DNA of 64,000 bases, taken from the IMG/VR virus record IMGVR_UViG_3300031994_004484; one strand, given 5' to 3'. The DNA comes from a virus. Taxonomy: Duplodnaviria > Caudoviricetes. The translations under genes and the position numbers were made by a program. The notes under the pieces are model-generated. The model was not told the origin of the DNA, ran no database searches, and saw only the letters and a list, made by a program, of their open reading frames with translations. Each line of letters opens with the position of its first letter. Positions within the stretch are counted from its first letter, which is position 1. Shown here piece after piece: positions 1 through 8,531 of this stretch.

Positions 1-2
1 CT

Positions 3-206
3 GATGCCGGTTGTTATGTATGGGGTGACCCTCTTAAAATTACGGATGACAGTCTTAAGGTTTTGTATAATATTAACGGAGTGTATAAAAATTGGGTTGA
101 TAAGGATTTGGGTAACAAAGGCGGCGACATAAAACCAATGTCCTTAAGAGACGAAGGTGTTTTGGGTGGAGACAACGGTTTGGTTCCCGGTGACGATTTG
201 GATTAA
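3..206 (+). CDS. 3' end of a gene truncated by the window edge (hypothetical)
   Basis: Frame 3 is open from base 3 to TAA at 204-206 and is followed by a terminator. Confidence 0.6.
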   Translation, partial: DAGCYVWGDPLKITDDSLKVLYNINGVYKNWVDKDLGNKGGDIKPMSLRDEGVLGGDNGLVPGDDLD

Positions 207-233
207 AGCCCAAATACACAATAACTTATATTC

Positions 234-269
234 GCGGTTGGCAAAATACTACCAACCGCTTCTTTTTTT
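234..269 (+). terminator. Intrinsic terminator
   Basis: GCGGTTGG...CCAACCGC stem followed by a T-run. Confidence 0.75.
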
Positions 270-275
270 GTAAGA

Positions 276-282
276 TATTTAT
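276..282 (+). promoter_or_regulatory. TATTTAT motif, putative phage late promoter (one of about 10 copies)
   Basis: Same heptamer lies shortly upstream of starts, on the coding strand, at 7834(-), 16835(-), 16909, 18609, 30191(-), 31287, 40554, 45674(-) and 59165. Confidence 0.5.
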
Positions 283-289
283 AAGAAAA

Positions 290-511
290 ATGAAGAAAAT
301 GATTGATAAGAACGAAGTAAGGAAGCTGCTGCGTGAGGAATTGAACAAGGGTGAAGTACGTTCCATGATAAGGAGTGAGATGGAGGATTATCTCAAAAAC
401 GCGGCGTTCAAAAAGGCAGTTAAAAACATAACAGCCGATGTATTGGAGGAATTCCTTGACTCTATGTGGAGAAGGAAGTCGTTTTGGAAAGGGACTATAA
501 AAAGAAATTAG
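290..511 (+). CDS. Hypothetical protein, possibly virion-associated
   Basis: 73-aa ORF after TATTTAT; N-terminal EVRKLLREE helix. Confidence 0.7.
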   Translation: MKKMIDKNEVRKLLREELNKGEVRSMIRSEMEDYLKNAAFKKAVKNITADVLEEFLDSMWRRKSFWKGTIKRN

Positions 512-515
512 GATT

Positions 516-1283
516 ATGGCAAGGACAATTATAATAAGTGAAAGTGTGGCCAAAACTATAGAGGAGAAGGCGGCTGTTAAACCGGACACATTCTATGAAA
601 ATGTCCTGTATTTCCTGCACCAACTATTAGACGATCCGATTAATGCGAAAATCCCGACATGCGTTAAGATGTTAGGGATTTCAAAACCACGGTTCATACG
701 TATGTTAGAAAAACGGGGAATCCTTGAAAAAAGCACAAAGATAAACGACAGGGACAATGACGGTAACCCAAAGACAGCTACAATGTCCGTGAAATATAAA
801 GTCTTGGATAAAGTTCCTGACGAATTGGAATATAAGGTACCGAAAACCGACTTTTATCGAAAAGTAGAAAAACTATATTACTCGATTTTCCAAAAGAATG
901 TTCCGGAAAAGAAAAAAGAAGCTCAAGAAGCTGAACATGAAATAGAAGAGTCAACTGCTTGTGCGGGGGATGGCGCTGGACAGTATAGCATGCCTCTTTT
1001 CAAAACAATTGTTAGTAGAAAAATGGAGGAAAATATAAACATAAGTTCGCAATACAGGGATTTGGGTGGTGGTTTTGATGTCACAATGGAGGATGGAAGA
1101 AACGAGAAAAGTCTTGTGACAATACAGAACAAGAAAACCGGAGTGCTTTATCACATATGTTTTGACGGGGCTAACTTCGACATTTGCAGGGATTTGCAGG
1201 ACGGAGAACCGTGTTCCCATGTGAGTTATGTGTTTGATAATCTCCTGAAGGCTTTTGATAATAATGGATTCGTAAATATTTAA
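516..1283 (+). CDS. Hypothetical protein, possibly virion-associated
   Basis: 255-aa ORF starting TIIISES; tightly coupled to neighbours. Confidence 0.75.
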   Translation: MARTIIISESVAKTIEEKAAVKPDTFYENVLYFLHQLLDDPINAKIPTCVKMLGISKPRFIRMLEKRGILEKSTKINDRDNDGNPKTATMSVKYKVLDKVPDELEYKVPKTDFYRKVEKLYYSIFQKNVPEKKKEAQEAEHEIEESTACAGDGAGQYSMPLFKTIVSRKMEENINISSQYRDLGGGFDVTMEDGRNEKSLVTIQNKKTGVLYHICFDGANFDICRDLQDGEPCSHVSYVFDNLLKAFDNNGFVNI

Positions 1284-1284
1284 T

Positions 1285-1473
1285 ATGAGGGATATTTATA
1301 ATAGGCTGACAGACAGTTCTTATGTTTTGGATGAGATGAGTGAAATACAGGACGAAATTGAAAAGGAACAGTCAAAAAGCGACGAAGAGTACGACAGGGA
1401 AAAGGTATTTAAGTTATTGTACAGACAATTCTTGACAGGATTGAAGATAAACACAGGAATAAAGATATTTTAG
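1285..1473 (+). CDS. Hypothetical protein
   Basis: 62-aa ORF 1 bp after the previous stop. Confidence 0.6.
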   Translation: MRDIYNRLTDSSYVLDEMSEIQDEIEKEQSKSDEEYDREKVFKLLYRQFLTGLKINTGIKIF

Positions 1474-1489
1474 AAAAAAAAATACAACA

Positions 1490-2752
1490 ATGTTGAAAGA
1501 AGGCAAATATACACTCAGCGAATTGAGAGCCGCCATTCAGGAAAGCGAACAGAAAAACGAGTTCAAGCCGAAACTCGGTAAAGGTGTCGAGAGTGGCGAC
1601 AAGAAGAACAACAAAAAGGCTGTGAAAGACATCGCCGACGAAACGGGTAAATATAACCCGGAAAAAATGGAGCATGAAACTATACTTCCTGACAACAGGG
1701 GCAAAACTCCTATGGATGTTAATTTCGAAACACCACCTTCAGAGCCTTGGTACGAACGTGTGAAATCACAGGCCAAAGGTTATCCGTCTTCAGATAATGA
1801 AAAAACTACAGATGCGGGAAAGAACGGTGGTCTTGAATTCGACGGAAACAAGAGGTTCTATGATTCCCGTGTTGATATAAACAAAAGAATTGGTGATGCT
1901 GAAGAAGCTGAAGCGAAATCAGGCTTAAGTTGGAGAACAAAAGAAAAAAGCAAGTATATAAAACCTAAAATGGCAAAATACATTAAAGAGCAAACCGATT
2001 TTGATTTCGAGGATGACAATATGACAACTTCCGATATTGTTGCGAAGGATTTCATAACATGGGCTACAAGCGACGCCGATAAAGCGCCATATCCCATAAA
2101 CGCCATGCAGTTGGTTTATGATGCATATGTCAACAACGATGATGATGCTCTTGAAGAGGTTGCCACGGCGTATTTTGAATCAAAATATACTGATATGGCC
2201 CAATGGGACACTGTTTTTGACGGGGTTTCAAAAGCTGTGAATGCCTTTGGCTATTACAACCTTTCAAATGAAGTACCGGAAGACACTTGGGATGAAGAGA
2301 TGCCAAATGAAATTGGTTTTGAAGGTAAAATAGAAGGTACTGAAGAAGAGGATGACGAACCCGAACCTCTTGACGAATGTGATGGTAAAAATGAAATCTG
2401 TGAGAACAGAAAAATGAAACGCCTTCATTTCAAGAACACTGTTTTCCTCAATGAGAGTCAGATTCTTAAAAAGGTGCCAGAAGAATTCAAGACGGACGGA
2501 AACAGGTTCTTTGTAAAAGACGCAAGCGGTACAGAATATATTATAGAGTGTTCTGTTGACAAACAGTTTGATTTTCCGAGACTGAAAGTTGTGAATAAGC
2601 TCAATGAAGCGAAAGTGAATTATGAGTTCAAGAGGATGAAAGAACTGTTTGGTTATGAGAGTTCAAATTATTTTACAAAGACTGACAAAGCGTCCGAGAG
2701 TGTTGGAAAGCTCCACGAGGACTTGGAGAAGATGCGAAAACTGAAAGATTAA
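1490..2752 (+). CDS. Hypothetical acidic protein, possible internal head protein
   Basis: 420-aa ORF with A-rich start context and TLSELRAAIQES leader. Confidence 0.75.
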   Translation: MLKEGKYTLSELRAAIQESEQKNEFKPKLGKGVESGDKKNNKKAVKDIADETGKYNPEKMEHETILPDNRGKTPMDVNFETPPSEPWYERVKSQAKGYPSSDNEKTTDAGKNGGLEFDGNKRFYDSRVDINKRIGDAEEAEAKSGLSWRTKEKSKYIKPKMAKYIKEQTDFDFEDDNMTTSDIVAKDFITWATSDADKAPYPINAMQLVYDAYVNNDDDALEEVATAYFESKYTDMAQWDTVFDGVSKAVNAFGYYNLSNEVPEDTWDEEMPNEIGFEGKIEGTEEEDDEPEPLDECDGKNEICENRKMKRLHFKNTVFLNESQILKKVPEEFKTDGNRFFVKDASGTEYIIECSVDKQFDFPRLKVVNKLNEAKVNYEFKRMKELFGYESSNYFTKTDKASESVGKLHEDLEKMRKLKD

Positions 2753-2801
2753 TTTTTTAGATAAAAAAACAAAATAAAGACATTTTCCATAAAAGCCCGA
2801 A

Positions 2802-3584
2802 ATGGAATACATTGAAGAAAACGAAGTTACTGAAACAATTGATACACCGCAGAACGAACAACAGGTGCAGCCAATAACGAAAAACGAGACAAACTTCAAC
2901 CTTCTTGAAAGAATGGTAAGGCTTGTGGTCAGGTACGGTGTCTGGAATATCATAAAAGCCATAATGCTTCTCATAGCCTTCATCATGGTCATGTGGACGG
3001 CTACCCACATGGACACCATATTCGAGAAGGTTATAATGAAACAGGAGACAAAGGAAGTCTTATATCACGAAAGCGTCATGAAACACAGAACGGAGATAAA
3101 ACCAAAGATAGACCTGATTCTGAAGAACACTCTTGACGAGATGGACGCTGACAGGGTTTTCGTGATAGAGATGCACAACGGGACGAACAGCCTTTCTGGC
3201 CTTCCTTTTGTGTATTGTGAGATGACCTACGAGACTTGCAAAAAGGGTATCATGCGCGTCGATGACGAATACGGTTCTGTCGTTCTTTCTAGATACGCTC
3301 TACCGTATTACATGTCAGAGAACAGTGTGTATTGCGGTACTGTTGACGAACTTGAAGAGATAGACCCGAAGCTTGCACACCGGATGCGCGACAACGGTAC
3401 ATATTACATTTGTGTTGCGAACATGTACAGCTTGAACGAATATATAGGGTATGTTGGAATAGGGTACGCCGAGGGAAGTCAGCCTGCTGACAAGGAAAAA
3501 CTTAAAGACGCGGTGTTCAAGATGTCACAGAGAGTGTCAACCCTTTTGGAACCAAGTCAAATCCCAAATATCTATGAAGAATAA
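2802..3584 (+). CDS. Membrane-anchored GAF-like protein (T4 T-type holin-like)
   Basis: One N-terminal TM segment (IIKAIMLLIAFIMVMW), then a DADRVFVIEMHNG...IGYVGIGY GAF-like pattern. Confidence 0.45.
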   Translation: MEYIEENEVTETIDTPQNEQQVQPITKNETNFNLLERMVRLVVRYGVWNIIKAIMLLIAFIMVMWTATHMDTIFEKVIMKQETKEVLYHESVMKHRTEIKPKIDLILKNTLDEMDADRVFVIEMHNGTNSLSGLPFVYCEMTYETCKKGIMRVDDEYGSVVLSRYALPYYMSENSVYCGTVDELEEIDPKLAHRMRDNGTYYICVANMYSLNEYIGYVGIGYAEGSQPADKEKLKDAVFKMSQRVSTLLEPSQIPNIYEE

Positions 3585-3861
3585 TGGCAACATCGTCAAA
3601 ATCGTGCTTGAGGTACTGCAATGGCTGCTCATAGCTTCCGTGTTTGCAATGTACCTCATCGTGTATTCACGCGTCACAGAACATCTCCATATGGAAAAGG
3701 ATGCCATACTATACGAACAGATAGACAACAGCAAGCAAATTGAGCGACTAAACGGAGAGAAAATGGCACTAATAGATTCCATATCAAGCATGTCCAAGGA
3801 CACAGTCTATATTATTAGATACAAGACCATTGTCGAAACAAAACAAACCACGATAGAATAA
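3574..3861 (+). CDS. Single-TM coiled-coil protein (possible lysis accessory/spanin-like)
   Basis: Hydrophobic N-terminus plus coiled coil; overlaps the previous gene. Confidence 0.45.
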   Translation: MKNNGNIVKIVLEVLQWLLIASVFAMYLIVYSRVTEHLHMEKDAILYEQIDNSKQIERLNGEKMALIDSISSMSKDTVYIIRYKTIVETKQTTIE

Positions 3862-3882
3862 ATACTATTTTTTTTTAAACAT

Positions 3883-3921
3883 AAAAGCAGGTCGTACATT
3901 TGTTTCTGCCTGCTTTTTTTT
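3883..3921 (+). terminator. Intrinsic terminator directly followed by a TATATTTG promoter box (3923-3930)
   Basis: AAAAGCAGG...CCTGCTTTTTTTT. Confidence 0.7.
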
Positions 3922-3952
3922 ATATATTTGTATAAGAAAAAATAAATGATAT

Positions 3953-4132
3953 ATGTTAAAGTTTGTTTTAATATTCCTTACGGTGTTGTCTTCGCTGAAC
4001 ATTTTAAGGGAAATCCTAAACATAGTGAAAGTTTTCAGGAGAGGTGAGGAATACAAGAGGCCGTGGTACATGACGTTGCTTTCAATGTTCTCCATATCGT
4101 TTTTAATAACTGTAATGATAATCGGTATATAA
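3953..4132 (+). CDS. Small two-TM membrane protein (59 aa, below the ORF-track cutoff)
   Basis: MLKFVLIFLTVLSSLNILRE...SISFLITVMIIGI*; its stop overlaps the next ATG (TAATG). Confidence 0.65.
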   Translation: MLKFVLIFLTVLSSLNILREILNIVKVFRRGEEYKRPWYMTLLSMFSISFLITVMIIGI

Positions 4133-4728
4133 TGGCAGCGGACGAATTTCAGGACAGGATGATGAAGTACATAAAGTACGGACTCACTATAAAGACAACA
4201 ACAGCCGACGGGAAGGAATACAATTTGGTGGGAATAAACTACAAACCGTCGTGGGATGTGGTTGAGCCATCCAAAGACAGCGGTGTTTTCTGTATACCGG
4301 ATAGAAATGGTGTCGGTATATGTAACTATTTCACCGAAACCAAGAACGGGGTCGGATGCATATTCGATTCCATAGAGGAGACCATACGCTATAACGAGGA
4401 CGTGGAAAAGAAGGTGAATTTGCTTCGTTTGAAAATAGGTGAATTGCAGGAATTGTTCGCCAATGAAAGTTATGAAGACCTTACAATGTTGAGGTTTGTA
4501 ATAGACAAGGAAAAACCTAAGAAACAGAAAAGCAAGAAGCAACAGCCTGAGAAAAAGGTTGAGGAACACAATACGGAACCTGAATCCGTAAAAGTGGAAG
4601 AACCAATAGCCTCAAATGATGATGAAGTTGTTGTTAACATGGAAGATACGCATGTTGTTACAGGAAATAATAAGGAGGAAGCCAACGAGATTGACACAAA
4701 GATAGCGAGGGCCCTCGGAAAAATATAG
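4132..4728 (+). CDS. Hypothetical protein (start reassigned to ATG 4132)
   Basis: TAATG coupling with the upstream small gene. Confidence 0.7.
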   Translation: MAADEFQDRMMKYIKYGLTIKTTTADGKEYNLVGINYKPSWDVVEPSKDSGVFCIPDRNGVGICNYFTETKNGVGCIFDSIEETIRYNEDVEKKVNLLRLKIGELQELFANESYEDLTMLRFVIDKEKPKKQKSKKQQPEKKVEEHNTEPESVKVEEPIASNDDEVVVNMEDTHVVTGNNKEEANEIDTKIARALGKI

Positions 4729-4735
4729 TTTTGCT

Positions 4736-5158
4736 ATGGTTTTTGCAATAATTTTCGCGTACATTTTCTACGCTTACGGTCTTACCACCATAATGGTATA
4801 CGGAAGAGGCCCGTTCGGTATATGTGACAAGATAAGGGCAACCGCAATGAGGATTTCTGACGGATTAGGTGAATTGTTTTCATGTCCGATGTGTTTTTCA
4901 ACATGGGTTGGCCTTGTAACGTCGTTCATAGACATTGTTTTTATAAAAAACACCGCCTTTACACCGTTCAGCATAATATTGGGTTCCGTTGGAGGCTTTT
5001 GGGCTTCATTGTTCATTATTCTGCTTGACGGATTCTTCACATCCGGTGTTGTATGGCTGCTGCACGAGTTTGAAGAGGCAATGGAACGGCATGATGTGAT
5101 ATACAGTGACGAATTGATGGAGGAACCAAAAGATGAGTCGAAAGTTGATAGAAACTGA
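4736..5158 (+). CDS. DUF1360-like membrane protein
   Basis: LGELFSCPMCFSTWVG motif with flanking TM segments. Confidence 0.6.
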   Translation: MVFAIIFAYIFYAYGLTTIMVYGRGPFGICDKIRATAMRISDGLGELFSCPMCFSTWVGLVTSFIDIVFIKNTAFTPFSIILGSVGGFWASLFIILLDGFFTSGVVWLLHEFEEAMERHDVIYSDELMEEPKDESKVDRN

Positions 5159-5360
5159 GCTGGAGAAAAGCCGCAATGAATCGGAAATGAATTCCGCATT
5201 AACCGAAATCACAAAAAAAAGGATGGCTGACAACTTTCGCGAAATCCCATATGCAATTCTTGCATCAAAGCCAAAAAAATACAGGAAACCGTTAAAGATG
5301 AGATTGAAGGAAAGGTTTTATGATTTCACGGAAAGAATAAGGATAGTTTTCGGTTTTTAG
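5133..5360 (+). CDS. Hypothetical protein
   Basis: 75-aa ORF in operon. Confidence 0.6.
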   Translation: MSRKLIETELEKSRNESEMNSALTEITKKRMADNFREIPYAILASKPKKYRKPLKMRLKERFYDFTERIRIVFGF

Positions 5361-5363
5361 GAT

Positions 5364-5633
5364 ATGGTATTGAACGACATTTATATTATAGCGGAATCAA
5401 TTGACAATGCCTTGTCAAAGACAAACCGTCCGCAAGAGCGTGATGACGGTAGGCATACTGTTACAATTTCTTTGGGGGTTACTCCGTATGAGGTACAAAT
5501 GATAGACAGGGAGCTTTATTACAGGACAAACGGGAGCATGGAAGGTCATACACCAAGCGATGAAGTTTCAATAGAGCTTTACGGCATGAAGTTTGAACTT
5601 GTTCCTACCGATATAGAGGAGGAGGTTCAATAA
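5364..5633 (+). CDS. Hypothetical protein
   Basis: 89-aa ORF in operon. Confidence 0.65.
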   Translation: MVLNDIYIIAESIDNALSKTNRPQERDDGRHTVTISLGVTPYEVQMIDRELYYRTNGSMEGHTPSDEVSIELYGMKFELVPTDIEEEVQ

Positions 5634-6624
5634 CATTCTCCTCAGACCAACCGGTTTTATTCATTATTTTTTCAACAAACTCGTCGGCATGTCGTTCAGC
5701 AACGCTGCCCGTGAACAGAACCCATTCCTCTTCGGACAGGACACGTTCCAATATATTATAAAGTCGAACCGACTCCTCGTCGTTTTTTGTTATAATGAAG
5801 TTGAAATCATTATAATTTTCTAATATCAGATAGCAACCGAAGACATATATGCGGCAGAACCCATATTCTTTGGTTTTTTGTTTTATTATGTTTTTGATTA
5901 TCCATTTTGCGTCCTTTCTTTGGTCTTGCCCGAAAACAAAGAATTTTTCCTCTATATACCAATCCTCTTTAGCTATGATAAGCCAACCGGGGTTACTTGT
6001 CTCAACGGAAACGGCAATGCCCATGTCGTCACGGAAATCCCTGATGTTGCTTTCCCGTTCAGGGTCTATTTTCTTCTTGAGGATAATCTCATACTGTACA
6101 GGATTCAATTTTTTCCATCTTCCACGGCGTTCATAACATACAGGGCATATGACCTCCTCATGGTTTTTCTTTACCATTTCGTCCATAGCCTCCAATCCCG
6201 AGTTTTTCCACCAAAAGCGGTTTATGGTTTTGCCCTGCTTCTTGTTTCTTGTGAAGAATAGTATATAATACCCCAATTCATCGCCTTTGCGAAGGCGATG
6301 GCGTATTCTCGGGCTCCTGTGATGCTTCACATAGTATCTGTGTTGGGCGCGTTTTCTCTTTAGGGTTTGTTGTCTTTTTTTCTCCTTGTCAGTCTTTTTT
6401 ATGTACTTCTTGACCCAAACATGTGCCGTTACCTTTCTCCTTTCCTTTGACCGCTGTATTCGTCTTAGAAAGACTTCCCTTTCGCGCTTCGCCTTCTTTT
6501 CGGCAGCACGTTTTTCTTTCTCGGCCTCTCTCTCAGCTTTTTTTCTTTCGGCTATTATTATTTTATCTTTGGCAATCCTGCGCTCCAACCATTCCGAACG
6601 GTCTTTGTTTGATACTGATGGCAT
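5605..6624 (-). CDS. Hypothetical protein with a very basic N-terminal half
   Basis: 339-aa ORF, K/R-rich. Confidence 0.7.
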   Translation of the reverse strand: MPSVSNKDRSEWLERRIAKDKIIIAERKKAEREAEKEKRAAEKKAKREREVFLRRIQRSKERRKVTAHVWVKKYIKKTDKEKKRQQTLKRKRAQHRYYVKHHRSPRIRHRLRKGDELGYYILFFTRNKKQGKTINRFWWKNSGLEAMDEMVKKNHEEVICPVCYERRGRWKKLNPVQYEIILKKKIDPERESNIRDFRDDMGIAVSVETSNPGWLIIAKEDWYIEEKFFVFGQDQRKDAKWIIKNIIKQKTKEYGFCRIYVFGCYLILENYNDFNFIITKNDEESVRLYNILERVLSEEEWVLFTGSVAERHADEFVEKIMNKTGWSEENVIEPPPLYR

Positions 6625-6699
6625 AAATGGAAAACATATTATATAATGTAGTATATTTGGACTATCAAAACAATATTATTTTATATTAAACACTTAATT

Positions 6700-7164
6700 A
6701 TGGCAAAGTTAGAGAAAGCTTCAGATGACATTATTGAATTTATTGAAAACATTGTGATGGACCACGGAATCGACCATTTTGCAGAATTCAGGTTCTTTGA
6801 ACTGCCAAAGCAGAAGGAGGCGATAAAGGTTGCAAGGGCTAACGCCACGTCAGAGTATTTCGCCAAGACAAGCGACATGTGCACGGTCTTTGTGAACCCA
6901 AAGATTTGGGACAGGCTTGATGATGAGCAGAAAACGCTTTTGGTTGAGAATGCGCTGTGCGGAATTTACTATGACAATGACAAGGGGCGCCTTGTTGTGG
7001 GACAGCCTAATCTTATGATAGCTTCCGATTGTTATGCCAAATTCGGGGTAAAGCTTGTCGATGCAGCCGAAATAGCAATGCATGCATTGGAACAGATAAA
7101 GGAGGAGGAAAGAAAGGAGAAGGAAGAGGCAAGAGCCAAGAAAAAAGGCAACGCGCAGAATTAG
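6700..7164 (+). CDS. Phage metallopeptidase-like protein lacking HExxH
   Basis: VFVNPKIWDRLDDEQKTLLVENALCGI matches the family pattern W..L...Q..AL.DHEL.H, but both His are absent. Confidence 0.5.
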   Translation: MAKLEKASDDIIEFIENIVMDHGIDHFAEFRFFELPKQKEAIKVARANATSEYFAKTSDMCTVFVNPKIWDRLDDEQKTLLVENALCGIYYDNDKGRLVVGQPNLMIASDCYAKFGVKLVDAAEIAMHALEQIKEEERKEKEEARAKKKGNAQN

Positions 7165-7304
7165 CGTGTTGCCCTTCTGATGATACGACGGCTCCGTCTT
7201 TGGGAGCTTCTGTTGACAACCCTTGTCGGAGTCTGTGTCGTTTTGACAACCTTCACACCTCCGTTATTGGTTGTCACATTCTTTTTACCGCAATTGCATC
7301 CCAT
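7161..7304 (-). CDS. Small basic peptide MGCNCGKK...RRSRRIIRRATR (47 aa)
   Basis: Hand-translated; same MGCxC start as the adjacent ORF; co-oriented operon. Confidence 0.65.
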   Translation of the reverse strand: MGCNCGKKNVTTNNGGVKVVKTTQTPTRVVNRSSQRRSRRIIRRATR

Positions 7305-7315
7305 AGTGTTCTATT

Positions 7316-7405
7316 TTAATTTTTGTTATTATCTTCGTTTTTGTTTTCACCCTCTTTTGGCGTAGGCTGTTTTACAACCACTTTCTTTTTGCAACCGCAT
7401 CCCAT
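7316..7405 (-). CDS. Small peptide MGCGCKKKVVVKQPTPKEGENKNEDNNKN (29 aa)
   Basis: Hand-translated; starts 3 bp after the stop of the ferritin-like gene. Confidence 0.6.
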   Translation of the reverse strand: MGCGCKKKVVVKQPTPKEGENKNEDNNKN

Positions 7406-7408
7406 AGT

Positions 7409-7813
7409 TTACCTCCTTATCTTATAGTTTGACACTTTATCGAAAGTTGATAGGAACATGTTTTTGGACATGTCGCCCTTGAAATCGTCTATTAAGGAAA
7501 CAATATTCGACAGTTTAGGATTTTCTTCGCATTGTTTCCTGAAGTCGTCCATCATTTCCGACACGGTGTTACATAATTCACCAAGGTCATCGGTCTCTTT
7601 TATGGATTGGTCGAACGAGAAATCGGTAAATTTCGGTTTTCCATAATAACCGAAAAACTGTTCGGCGAAATCGTCGGCAAAGGATAATATGGTATCGCGG
7701 ATTGTGTCGCATAACTCATGTGCGTGGTTCTTTTCGGTGGTGTAATGCACCATCTTTGTAACATCCGCATACATGTAAAGTTTCATTATGATATCACAGG
7801 CTTCCTGTTCCAT
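7409..7813 (-). CDS. Ferritin/Dps-like four-helix protein (DUF5856-like)
   Basis: HY.T....H...D....D.F.EQ.FG.YG pattern. Confidence 0.6.
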   Translation of the reverse strand: MEQEACDIIMKLYMYADVTKMVHYTTEKNHAHELCDTIRDTILSFADDFAEQFFGYYGKPKFTDFSFDQSIKETDDLGELCNTVSEMMDDFRKQCEENPKLSNIVSLIDDFKGDMSKNMFLSTFDKVSNYKIRR

Positions 7814-7848
7814 TGTAAAATGCTATTTTCTAAATAAATATTGCCTTT

Positions 7849-7903
7849 TTAAGTTTTTTTAATATATCTTCAGAAACAAATATATTTTATTGTAGTATAT
7901 TTG
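7849..7903 (+). promoter_or_regulatory. Degenerate copy of the 65-bp promoter cassette
   Basis: TTAAG-TTTTT-TTAAT with TATATTTG at +47. Confidence 0.45.
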
Positions 7904-7950
7904 TGTGGAGTAATATGTTAAAATATATGCAAAACAAAAAGGAAAAACAA

Positions 7951-8529
7951 ATGAAGTTCCTTGTTGATATTGATGATGTGTTGAGGGATTTGTTAATCAA
8001 CATGGTCAGGATATACAATAGGGAATTTGATGAAAAAATGACATATGATGATGTTTCGGATTACGATGTCAGGAAATCATTCCCGAAGGTTGTTGAAAAA
8101 TACGGAGACGTAGGAAGATGGTTCTTTTCGGAACACGGCCACGAACTTTTCATTGGGAGCAATCCGATAGAAGGTTCGATTGAAGCAATTGAAAAGTTAT
8201 CAGAGTACGGTACCATACACATAGTTACCAAGCAGAGTTCAATGGATAACAAGATTGATGCATTGAAGTGGCTTGAAGCTAATAATATAAGGTATGACAG
8301 CATTTCTTTTGTCAAGGACAAGTCAATTGTTTGTTGCGATTTCTTCATTGACGATTTCCATGACAATTTTATCGGTTGCGGCTGCGAAGGTTCGACAGGT
8401 GTATTGATTGACGCCCCATACAACAGGTTGGTCGGTTTGGAGGAACTTAAAAAGAAAACGGGTTTTGAAAAAATTGTAAGATATAAGAGTATTAAAGATT
8501 TTGCAAACGATATAGAAAAATTTTTATAA
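7951..8529 (+). CDS. 5'(3')-deoxyribonucleotidase (HAD/NT5C family)
   Basis: VDIDDVL motif I and FFIDD motif; start placed at ATG 7951. Confidence 0.85.
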   Translation: MKFLVDIDDVLRDLLINMVRIYNREFDEKMTYDDVSDYDVRKSFPKVVEKYGDVGRWFFSEHGHELFIGSNPIEGSIEAIEKLSEYGTIHIVTKQSSMDNKIDALKWLEANNIRYDSISFVKDKSIVCCDFFIDDFHDNFIGCGCEGSTGVLIDAPYNRLVGLEELKKKTGFEKIVRYKSIKDFANDIEKFL

Positions 8530-8531
8530 TA

